From Guillardia theta CCMP2712 (taxonomy: Eukaryota; Protista; Cryptophyta): a stretch of DNA of 64,000 nucleotides. Every line of letters begins with the position of its first letter. Position 1 is the first letter of the stretch. Where the stretch lies: contig NW_005434665.1 in NCBI RefSeq assembly GCF_000315625.1, positions 493,220 through 557,219 of the forward strand. The letters are read 5' to 3'. The notes beneath the pieces were generated by a model. It did not search any database and was not told the DNA's origin. It saw only the letters and a program-made list of their open reading frames with translations. Shown here piece after piece: positions 17,701 through 28,500 of this stretch. The translations under genes were made by a program, and so were the position numbers.

Positions 17701-18258
17701 TATTTTGCATATATGCATCCGTGTATGTGACATTTGTCATCCGCAGCAACTCCAGCATAGCCCCAGCACAACATGTACATAAGATTCAGCCTCATACTCG
17801 TAAAGAAGAGTAAAGATTCAGAAAAGACAACGTCCACGTGCTCACGTAGAGAGGGTCATGGATGAGAATGGTCCTGAGAGATACAGGAGATATGCTCGAG
17901 TACTTGTATGTACAGTCCATGTACAGATACAGGAGATATGCTCGAGTACCTATATGTGCATGTACACGATGCGAGCGCGTTCACGGGTGTATGAGCATCT
18001 CCGCAAGTCTCGAGGGGCTGCACGCGATGAGGGTCTTGTATACCAACTAGTCGGATCTACTTACAGGACTCAAGGACTCTCCTCCCCCTCCCTGCTCCCC
18101 TGCTCCCCTGCTCCCCTGCTCCTCTTTCTTCCTCCTTCCCCTCTCCCTTCCTTCTGGGTTTGTTTCCTCCCCCTGCTCCGCTTCTTTTCCTCTCTCCTCC
18201 TCCTGCTCCTGCTCCTTCTGCTCCTCCTCCTCCGCTGTCTCGGATGCTGCGCGGCCCC

Positions 18259-18891
18259 TCAGACCATATCAGAACCTGGGATGCGCTGCTGTTGCTTCCT
18301 TGCCTTGTAGCGCTGCAGGAGGAGAGATATGGGCATCAGCTGGCAAAGGAGCCGAGAAACAAGATGTGGGTCACCTGGAGCTGCTGCTGGAGCTTGTCGT
18401 TCAAGACGATGAGCTGCCTCATGTACGTCTCGCCTGCGGAGAGTGAGCGGGAGCGAAGGAGACGCCTCCTCGTATCACTCTTAGCTCCGTCCTTGCGGAT
18501 CTCCTCTTGCACCCACTTCCTTGCCTGCTCGCACTCCTGCAGGGCCAGTGAGCTCGAGACCAAGGCAGAGGAGCAAGCCTTGGCGATCGCGTCGGCAGTG
18601 TCATTCAGCGAGCTGTAGGAAGACTGGTCGTCCTGAGCAAGAAGTCAAGCAAGACAAGCAGGAGCAGGAGCAAGAGCAAGAGCAGGAGGAAGAGGAGCAG
18701 CAGCAGGAGCAGGAGGAGCAGAAGGAAGAAGATGCGGGAGACCCACCAGCACAGACGACATGACGAGCAGGATCTCCGACGCTTGACCGAACGTCATCTC
18801 CTCGCGGGGAGCAGCTGGGCTTTGAGGTCAGTCGCGAGGCTGCAGAGGCTCCTTCCTCACTTATCGCGAGCTGCTGCCCGTCAGGGTACAT
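18259..18891 (-). CDS. Small helical protein or terminal exons with a GAT-domain-like sequence
   Basis: Spliced reading EILLVMSSVL/DDQ...ADAIAK...ECEQARKWVQEEI...ETYMRQLIVLNDKLQQQLQ/RYKA resembles the GAT pattern (L...C......I...E..L..LL..ND.L...L.RY). Confidence 0.5.
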
Positions 18892-18944
18892 GGCTGGGGG
18901 GTCGAGGTGACCTGCCCTAGTCGTCACTGCCACAGCAGGCGAGG

Positions 18945-21029
18945 TCAAGAGTCCCAACCCGACGATCCTCGGGCTCCTCTCGGCGGCATCAAAGCAGCTT
19001 GCGGGGGAGGAGGAGCATAGACCGGTTGCTGGGCTTGTGCTGGTGGGGAAGGAAGAGCATAGACCGGTTGCTGGGCTTGTGCTGGGGGGAGAGGAACATA
19101 CACCACTTGCTGGGCTTGTGCTGGGGGGAGAGGAATATACACCACTTGCTGGGCTTGTGCTGGGCCGCCATCGTAGGACAAGTCTGCCTGCACGCTCGGA
19201 ATAATAGCGGAGTTACGAGCAGCAGGGCTGGAGCTGGCTTGGTCGTTGGGGAGTGGAGGGTAGGAGAACGTGTCCGTCAATTTGAGCTGATTGAGAAAAC
19301 GCTTGTCTAACGCGTGTTGTTTGAACGATTGTCGCACCGGATACATGAATTCGTTCGCAAGCCTCTCCAGCCTCAGCTGCAACAAGATCGTAACGTACAG
19401 CAACATGCCGGTTATCACAAACACCAAAGCAGCCGCAGCAGAGCTGACCGGCACAGGGATCGTCCAGCTGAAGCCCAGCACCCCCTCCCTCAGCTCCGTG
19501 AAGCAGCTCCCACAGTCAACCCGGTCGCCCGGGCTCACGTCACAGCCCATGATACCGCAGGAGCTGACGTAGCCGCAGACGCTCTTGATCTTGAGACAGG
19601 TCCGTACCTCCTCCACCCTCATCGTCTGCCTCATTACCTGGGGGAACGGAACGACCTCCCCAGCACACCCTGGGCTGCTCTGCCAGAACATGCAGTCGCT
19701 GGCGAGCTCGAGGTGGACCATGTCTAGCTTCATCTCGCACTGCTGCTTGCTCGTCACGCTCTTGGCTAGGATCACCTCGGGGAAGAGGATCGGCTGGCCG
19801 GAGGTCTTGACCCCTCTAGTCTCCGAGCAGTTCACCCAAGGGCTGCTGACCCCCACGACAACATGCTGGGCCTTGAGGATCTGGTATTCGACGCCATACT
19901 TGGAGGGAAGAGGCTTGTAGATCAAGATGGAGATCTTGTCGGTCTGAGAGCAGACCATCTTGAGAAAGAATGTTGTCCAAAGAACCCACTGATACTCTGA
20001 CTGGGCTTTGCACCATCGCGTTTTTGCCATGTCTCCCTGCCCGTGACACTTAGGATACGTCAGCTGCCCGGCCAGCACGTCCATGAGCCCAAGGAAGATG
20101 AAGATGAGGAGGGCAAGCTTCTCAAACCCGCTCAAGACCGGAGCGAGGATGCAGGCGTAGATGGTGCAGAGGACGACGACGATCTCCGTCAGCCGCCTGA
20201 CCATCACCATATTCCCGTAGCGGACGTTGGCTTGCTGGATCAAGCTCACAAACAGGCCCGACATGAGAAGTGAGGCCCCGTTGATGCAGGTGACGCCGCT
20301 GCGGATGTTGACCAGAGTGTCCATGAGCATGACGACGAACTGCAACTTGACCAGAAACTCAACCAGGAGGCCGCACCGGATGTCCTTCTTGAAAATGGCG
20401 GAGACGAAGCCTGGCAGGAAAAGCTGCAGTACGGATGTGACGATCGACAGGTAGCCGAGCATGTCCAAGTCTGAATCATCTCCTTTCCGCACCTGCCACA
20501 GTATGCAGGGGGCGACGAAGACGATGGTCATCGAATACAACCACTCCAGAAAGGTCTGCCAGAGTTTGAAATGCACATAGCCTTCATTGAGCTCGATCAA
20601 GCGTCGGAACCTTCTCAAGAAGACTGAGTTCGATCCCTTGCAGCCGAGGTCTTTGTTGTACATGGTCCACTTCTCCTCAAAGACCTGCAGGTCTCCTCCG
20701 ATCTCCCGCACCACCTTTGTTTCAGTGATCGCAAGGTCAGAAGCCACCTTCTCAGCCACCTCGTTAAACTCTGGCGTGGTCAAGGCTCGAAGCTTGAGCT
20801 TCTTCTCGAACTCGTAAACTCTGTCGTCCCTGGCCATCCTGCATGTCAACATCCCATCTTTGATCTCGGCTTTGCAGCGCCGCTCGCTTGGAAGCGGACA
20901 AGCCACCACGGGATTGTCCACTGGTATCAGTCTCTCCATCTCCTGATTTAGAACGGCGAGGTCGACGTTCTCTAGGTTGTTCTTAAGATCTCTGTTGAAG
21001 ATCTGGGACTCCAGTTCTCCTTCCACCAT
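18945..21029 (-). CDS. Intronless 694-aa orphan multi-pass membrane protein with Cys-rich domain and Pro/Gln repeat tail
   Basis: Long non-repetitive ORF starting with ATG. It has about 7 hydrophobic segments, then a Cys-rich region, one further TM helix (AAALVFVITGMLLYVTILL) and four ~13-aa PAQAQQ(V/P)VY repeats. No family was recognised. Confidence 0.8.
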   Translation of the reverse strand: MVEGELESQIFNRDLKNNLENVDLAVLNQEMERLIPVDNPVVACPLPSERRCKAEIKDGMLTCRMARDDRVYEFEKKLKLRALTTPEFNEVAEKVASDLAITETKVVREIGGDLQVFEEKWTMYNKDLGCKGSNSVFLRRFRRLIELNEGYVHFKLWQTFLEWLYSMTIVFVAPCILWQVRKGDDSDLDMLGYLSIVTSVLQLFLPGFVSAIFKKDIRCGLLVEFLVKLQFVVMLMDTLVNIRSGVTCINGASLLMSGLFVSLIQQANVRYGNMVMVRRLTEIVVVLCTIYACILAPVLSGFEKLALLIFIFLGLMDVLAGQLTYPKCHGQGDMAKTRWCKAQSEYQWVLWTTFFLKMVCSQTDKISILIYKPLPSKYGVEYQILKAQHVVVGVSSPWVNCSETRGVKTSGQPILFPEVILAKSVTSKQQCEMKLDMVHLELASDCMFWQSSPGCAGEVVPFPQVMRQTMRVEEVRTCLKIKSVCGYVSSCGIMGCDVSPGDRVDCGSCFTELREGVLGFSWTIPVPVSSAAAALVFVITGMLLYVTILLQLRLERLANEFMYPVRQSFKQHALDKRFLNQLKLTDTFSYPPLPNDQASSSPAARNSAIIPSVQADLSYDGGPAQAQQVVYIPLPPAQAQQVVYVPLPPAQAQQPVYALPSPPAQAQQPVYAPPPPQAALMPPRGARGSSGWDS

Positions 21030-22729
21030 GCTGCTGTGATGTGTCAGGCTCTAGATGCTCAGGGTAAGAGTCAACTGCGAGTGAACAGCGTCAGGACTCC
21101 TCTACGACGCGTGCAAGGGCGGAAGCATCAGACGTGAAGGAGAGGACAGGAAAACGAGATGTGTGAGGGTTGGGACAGTGCGCGGTACCGGCCACGCCCT
21201 GGCCCCTCAGTGAGTACTGGCCAAAATGTGAAGAACAGGACGAAGGAGGATAGTGTGAGATCTAGGACAGGAAAGGACAGGACAGGACAGGGGTGGGAAG
21301 CAATGATGGGAGGAGCGATGAGAGGAGCGATGGGAGCAGGAGAGGAGGAGGAGGATGACGTTCACCTGCGTTCTCTTGTGCTGGGAGGACCACCAGACGC
21401 TTTTCAATTTGTCACATGCGCTGGGAAACGCTGCCCCACCCCCCCATTTCCCATCTTTCACCCCCCTTCCTCTGCCCAAGGCACTGATCCAGTCAAACTT
21501 TTATTGACTGAAAAAGCAAGGCAAACTGGAGCAAACAAACGAGGACGAGGATAAAGCCTACAAACCCGCCTCAATAAAATACTAGGAAGCTAAGGAGGCA
21601 GCGAAAGCCACTACTACTCCAACCACGGGGGCCGAGGACTTCCGGGGCACTCAGTGCTGCCTCTCAATGTACTACTGAGTTCTCCACCCCCCTCCCCCCC
21701 CTTTCCAACTCTACTACCCCCTCTCAGCCCACTGTTTACCCCATGTCGATGTACCCCCTCATATCTATTAAAACCACCCCCTTCATATCCACCCATTCGG
21801 CGATCTCATCCGAATCGAACTGTGCAAGACCACCCCCGACTATGAACCCACCCCACGACATCAGAACCCCAATTTTTCCCCTGACAATATACCCTACTCT
21901 ACCTAGGAATACACCCACCCCACCCTCTCCATCTACGACCCTTGCCCCTATCTGCTTGAAACGTTGTATTTTCACAACGTTTCACAATCAAGCCAACACG
22001 GATTTCGCAACTCCTTTATGAATTGGCTGGACCCCCACCCCCCACCCCACCCCCCGAATGACTACGCATGACCCTCGCTCCACCTGCAACTCGTCTATGC
22101 ACCCTGGCAGGGATCGGAACATTTCTGTACGACTACCGGTACTTCTTGCAATCAAAGTACCTCTACATTGACTACCCCGACCCCTTTTTGGCCCCCTTCA
22201 TTTAGAGTAAATTTCACTTAAAAGCTCACCCACCCCCTTTAATTTCTGTCTACCACCCCCCTCATACCCTCGTAGTCCTCCATGCCGCTCGGCGATGACT
22301 GTAGCATGCGTTGAGAGGACGAGGAAAGGGAGGAGGAGGCGACTGGGGGATGGGGGAGGCGACCATGGTGAAGGGTGTGACGAGCATGATAGAGAGTCAG
22401 AGACAAAGAAGACATGAGAAGGTGGTATGACGGTGAGCAAAAGAAAGCAAACCGACGAGGAGTGTGAGTCATCGCGAATGATAGACGATCACGCCAAATG
22501 ACAAAGGCCTCGAGCATTTCGCAGATGAAATGAATAAGCAGAAGAGTCTTGATATGATTGGTTCGTTGAGGATGCGATGAAGTAGATCATGTGTCATTGA
22601 AGATCCTGCTGTTCAGCAAGGTCTAGGTCAGCTTGCACGAAACGCACTTCTCTGCAACCGCGCGAAGATGAAGAGAGTGAGGAAGCAGATAGTCCTTACA
22701 TGAGATTGAAATTGAGTTCTCCGTGCTCT

Positions 22730-25295
22730 TAAAGCTGCAAATGACCTAAAGGAGCTCACCAACATGAGTGTGAGCGTCTTCAAGAAGGTTTCAATCATAG
22801 GCCACTGCGATGGTACGGAATTTGTTGTAAAGGCAAAGTGTATCGTAGACAGCAGCAGCTGCATAACATTGGCTGAGAATCAGCATCTTGGTCGATCTTG
22901 ACTTATTCGTTTCGCTCAGATGAGTACCGACAAACCCTTCCGAGAGGACGAGACGTGAGTCAGACCTATCGCCTGCTACAGCTCAAGTTGTTGGTGCTGA
23001 CGTGCGCCCAGGTACCACGTCACGTCCGAGATTTCATTCATGGGCTCTGATAGTTCACCTCGTCACTTCTCGAGGTCCTTGCTCTTTGATATCTGACTTT
23101 ATCCTACGCTGACGTTGTAGCAGGGATCAGACTCTGCAGACAGAGCCTTTCCTGACTTACTTCCCTTTCTGTAGCGATTTCGGGCCTCTGAATTTGAGGT
23201 AGTGGGAGTGTTCTGACAGTGCAGCTGCGCTGACCGTTCTCTGCTAGTTGTATCCTCCGATTCTGCTCTTCATTGTCCGAGCTCATCCGCGAAAAACATG
23301 TAAATGCAATCTTGGCTTTTTCCAGGCTCCTTACCCTCCCTCTCAGAACGTTTTGGTTCAATCGCCACCTGAAATTGAGCCCCGAACAAACACCATTTTC
23401 CTCATAGGATGCTTCCTGGTGTCTTGCCTTCCTCGCGCGCAGGTCACAGGTCTAACGTCCCATCAGATTCTAGAACGGGAAATGGACCCCAGTCAAGCCG
23501 ATCTGCCGTTCTGTCGAGCCCATCCTACTTTCTTGCGGTCTTACCCTGATGGTAGCATTTCGACGCTGCTGTGCTGCTGTGCTGACAAGCGTGCCATTAG
23601 CGTCATATCACAACGTCGGGTTTGAAATCAGCGTCTTCGACGCCTGGCGGGCAGTGGAGAAGGCGAATGTAAGTAGTCGCTGGGTCGCCCTTGCGCTGAG
23701 AGAGGTTGATGGCAGAGGGAGGGATGGCTGAAGCCCGAGGTCTTGGACTTGGAGGTCTAGCATGCCTGCTCGAGATGAGGAGCTGTGACTTGGAGGGAAC
23801 AGGAATACGACCATTACGACGACCCCAACAACGGCGACATGCAAATCATCGTGCCGAACAAGCTCCTGCTGTTCAAGGTAGCCTATGATTGGACCGGCAA
23901 GTTGGCGGCTGATGTGAAGCGCAGGGGCCTGTGGAAGACATACCTGAAGGAAGTTTGTGGGTCGACAACCACTACGTCAGAATGGTGAGGTGGTCATGGT
24001 TGCCCGAGCGAGGGGAAGGGGGAGCAGGGAGGGAGGAGCAGGGAGCAAGAAAGGGGTAGAGGGAGGAGAGGGAGGGCAGGAAGGATTATGGACCAGTAGG
24101 GATGTTGAAGTTGGATGTTGGCAGTTCCATCCGAGGTTCTACCTTGAAGTCTTCGAAGAGATCCGAGTCAAGACTGTTGTTCGTCTCAACGCTCCCAACT
24201 ACGACCCTAAATTCTTTGAGGTGCTGCTTGTGGAGGGAGGGAGGAAGGGAGAAGAGGGAGAGGAAGAGAAAGGGCTTACTGTGAGCAGGATGCCGATATG
24301 GAGCACGTGGACCTCTTCTGCGAGGACTGCTCGGTTCCTCCAACCCAAGTCATCTTCCACTTCCTCCAGCTGCTCCAGCGGGTGGATGGCATGGTAGCCG
24401 TTCACTGTGATACTGGTCTCGGCGTCGCTGCCATGCTCGTTGGTGAGAGGAGGGTCGAGGATGCGCGAGGGAGGATGACGGGGAGATGCAGCGACCTACC
24501 TCATCAGCTTCCACTCCTTCACCGCAAGGTAAGCGAGACTTCCTGCTGTAGAAGCCTCCTGCTTTATCTGCTCGTGCTTCTCTTGCTCCTGCTCCTGCTC
24601 CTGCTCCTCTTCCTCGTGCTCCTCTTTCTGCTACTTTTGCTCCTCTTGTCCCTACCTTCCCTTTCTGCCTCCTCCTGCTTCCTCTAGTTGGCCTTACAGT
24701 TTTTTGGTTGCAGGGAGGCGATTAGCTGGGTGAGGATCATGCGGCCGGGGAGCATCATCGGCATGCAGCAGCTGGTGAGGGACGGGGAGGGAGTGCGAGC
24801 GCTGAGACGAGTTGCAGTACCTGGAGGAGAAGGAGAAGGTCTGGAGAGACGCAGGGAAGAGGATGCAGACAAGGTGAGGATGGAACGACGACGAGGAGGA
24901 GGAGCTGACTTGGGCAAAGGTGTGCGCCGGACGTAACAGGGATAGCAGACTTGAGGATCAGAAAGGACGACTCATGGTGAGGAGGAGGAGGAGGATGAGG
25001 AGGAGGGAGAAGTTGCAGGGGAGTTGACAGCTGGGCAGGCGAAGGTTTGCTTTCACACAAGCAGAATTTCCTGCCCCCTCGGTAATTCTCTTCAACATTT
25101 TATTGCTTCCTCCTCTTCCTCCTCCTGATGCAAGCCAACTTTTATCATTCCCAATGACGCTGCTTATGGCCCGCTGTTGTCCTGCCAACAACCTCCTTTC
25201 GCCCTCGTTCTGCTCCTCCCTCTCTCCCCCTCACGTTCTAGCAGGTCTCCAACAACAAAGGAGGCAAGCTTGAGTCAAACTTCGATTTCGAGTAG
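22730..25295 (+). CDS. CDC14-like dual-specificity phosphatase with degenerate active site, multi-exon; ends approximate
   Basis: DFGPLNL, FEISVFDAWRAVEKA, EYDHYDDPNNGDMQIIVPNKLLLFK/GP, VKTVVRLNAPNYD, HVDLFCEDCSVP, VAVHCDTGLGVAA and AREAISWVRIMRPGSIIGMQQ all match CDC14 family motifs. Confidence 0.85.
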
Positions 25296-25511
25296 CTTCG
25301 TCCATGTCCCTCCCCCTGCTCCTCCTCTCTCCTCTCTCCTCTCCAGTCAGCTTGTCCCTATATGTAACTTGTAAATAGTCGGATAATCGCTTCTTCCGGC
25401 TCCCTCCTCCTCCCCTCTAGCTCTGCTTCTCTTCCTCGTTGGGTTTCTCATGCGGAGCCTCTTGCGGGGGTGGAGGAGCAGTGGTGGGTCGCTTCACATT
25501 TACTGCGCACG

Positions 25512-28500
25512 CTAGTCAGGCCGGCAGGGTGAGGGAGGGCTGGGGGAGGCTGGAGGTCCAGCTGAGAAGGGACAACAAGGTGCGGGAGGGTGACTAGGAG
25601 GGAAGGAGGGAGAGAAAGTAGAAAGGAACCTGAGGGAGCGGCCGGGCGGGGCGTGAAGGAGAGGAGGAAGGGTGGAGGAGGGGGGGAGGAGGAGAGAGGA
25701 GCCGAACTCACCAGGCATGATTTCTCCCTTGAGATCCGGACAGAAAGCGTCGATTACTGTCGCAGTCAGCGCCCACATGTCTTGGCCGGACGATCTGATA
25801 GGACGTGAATCAGCGACGTAGGAGAGAGCGAGGAAGGAGAAAGAGAGGAGGGAAAGAGGGAGGGAGAGTAGGGGAGAGGGAGGGAGAGGAGGGGAGAGGG
25901 AGGGGAGGAGGGGAGAGGGAGGGGAGGAGGGGAGGAGGGAGGAAGGAGGTTGCTTACTGCTGGACTTTCTGGTACTGAGGGTCCGAGTGCATGGCTTGAA
26001 GCATCTCCTTGAGTACCTGGCGGAGCATGAGGGGAAGGCAAACGAGGAGGAGACGAGCAGAACAGCACGGGAAAGGGGAGGGAGCAGGAGGAAGGAGCAG
26101 CGGCGGGTGGAGCAGGAGGGAGGGACAGACAAGAGGGGGACGGGCGGGGCAGCACCTGGACGATCTCGTTGGAGATGGGATCCCTCTTGGTCGCTCTGAT
26201 CCGAAGCTTGAAGGCCTCGATGAGGCCCAGGAGCCTCAGCCAGAGCATGTGGAGCTCGGGGAGGTGAATGATGAGATGCCTGGCAGACGCAGTGAGGGAG
26301 GAGGTGCGGAGAAGAGGAGGGAGGAGGGAGGAGGGAGGAGGGAGGAGGGAGGAGGGAGGAGGGAGGAGGGAGGAGGGAGGAGGGAAGAGGTGAGATAATA
26401 GTTGGAGCAGAGACAGGGGAGTGAAGGAAATTTGGAGAGGAGCAGGAGGCAGAGGAAACAAAGGAGGCTAAGGAGATGCTGCGAGGGAGGGAGGGAGGGA
26501 GGGAGGGAGGGAGGCAGCAGCGGTGCTTACAGATTGTTGCGGTAGGACTTGCAGAGCACGAGAAGTGTGTTGAGGCACATGATCTCGGCTTGCGTCTGCC
26601 CCGCGTTGGCGGCAGTCTTGAACTTGGAGGAGACGATAGGGAAGACGATCTAGCAAGTGATCGTAAGAGGAGAGGAGAAAGATGGTAGTGGGTGGTGAGG
26701 GCGGGGGAAGGGAAAGGAGGAGGAGGAGGAGTAGAGGGAGGGGAAGAAGGCGAGGGCCCAAACCTGATCGTAGCAGTCTCGCCATGCAGTGGCGTAGGGG
26801 ACGTAGACGTCAGCAGAGAGGAGGGCCCGCTCGAGGCTCTCGAGGGCAGGGAGGGAGAGGAGGGAGAACTTGTCGTCATGCGCTAGGCGACAGAAAGATT
26901 TGACGCAGAGCATCCAGAGGTTGCACCTGATCATGAGAGGATCAACAGAGAGGAAGCGGACGAGAAGAGATCCGGTCATGGAGACAAGACACACGTCACA
27001 CTTGCTTCACAAAGTCGCTCGCTTGGATAGGACGTCTCATCACCATCACACCAGAGGGCAGCAGACAAGAGGGCAAGGGAGGAGGCAGACAAGAGGGCAA
27101 GGGGAGCGGAGGAGGGAGGTACGCCATGTCTCACCAGCTCTGCTCGTCCTCTGGAGAGTACCCCAGCCCGAAGTTGCTGTCCGGCCCATCCTCCCATGTC
27201 TGCTCGACGCCTATCGCCACGCTCGAGCTCGTCGTCTGCTCAGCCGCCAGACTTGCGATGCTTCTCGTCGCCTCCTTCTCATGCTCTACATGACCTTGAG
27301 CACCCTCCGGTGCAGGAGCAGCAGGGGCAGCAGGAGTTTCTCCTGCTGGGGCCTGAGCCCCGCAGCTCATCTGGTGAGGGCCGAGGGGCTGGTAGGTGAG
27401 GACGACGGTCCTCTTGTCGTCACCTGCCGCTTTCCAGGTCCTGAGGCGGAGGAAGAGGCAGTACATGAGCTCCATGATGTTCATCCCCGCTGCCTGTTGC
27501 CACTTTCTCACCTCCGCGCCGGAGCAGGTCGGCTTGTTGAGGGCCAGGGCCGCGTGCTGGCGGGCGACGTTGGGGTCGAGGAGCGAGTCGATGAAGCCCA
27601 GGAGCGCTTGCTGGCAGAAGTCGAAGTTGAGGGCTGAGATGTGTTGCCTGCCCTCCTCCCGCAGAAGGAAGGACATGGACTCCAGCGCCGGGCGGCTGGC
27701 GGAGGGAGCCATGCTGGCGAACTCTTGAAGGAGGGAGAGGATGCTCCTCCAGTCCTCCCTCTGCTTGATGTTGTTCGCGTTGGCTCGGAGGAGCGTGAGG
27801 AGGCCGACGGAGATGCGGTCGGCCAGGGACTTGAGGACAGAGGCAGGGAGGGAGGGGATGCACCTGACCCCCTCCATGAGATCGGCGTTGATCGCGTCCA
27901 CGGGGGCGAGGCGGAGGCAGAGGCGGAGCTGGTTGACGACGATCCGTTCAGAGGACAGGCTCGGGTACTGGATGCTCTGCAGCAGCTGCTGGAAGTGAAC
28001 ATGGAGGGGCTGCCAGATCAGAGAAATCCGCTGCTGGTTGGCTAGCGCGGTATTGGTGAGGAGCTCGAGGAAGAGAATCGAAGTCTCTAGGGATCCGGAG
28101 GGATCGTGCGCTTCGCTGCCTCCATCCAGGCTGATGAGCCGGGAGGAGGAGACGATAAGGGCAGAGTTGAGGCTGGCGAGAGCGTCGTTGGAGAGGAACT
28201 TGGTGTTCATGAGCAGCTCCTCGAGCTTCAGGCTGGCGACCCAGGCCGTCAGCTCCTCGTAGCCGGGCATGTTGAGGCACGTCGTGAAGGTGTTCTTCTT
28301 CTGCTCTACCGCAGCTGGGCCGCTGCCCCACAGGTAGCTGAAGATGGACCGGACGCCTGCCCTGCCTCCTCCTCCCGCCTCTCGGTGGAGGAGGTTGATG
28401 GCAACATCGGTGGAGGAGAGCAGGGGGCGGCCCTGGAGGTCCACGAAGTCGTCTCGCTCGAGGAGGGAGGCAGGAAGCGCCTTGATCCTGTGCAACCTCG

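Noticed and set aside
17086-17837. Poly-His, poly-Thr/Ile and poly-Asp/Gly ORFs
   Set aside because: They result from a (GAT)/(GGT) simple repeat that is stop-free in most frames. There is no other coding evidence.
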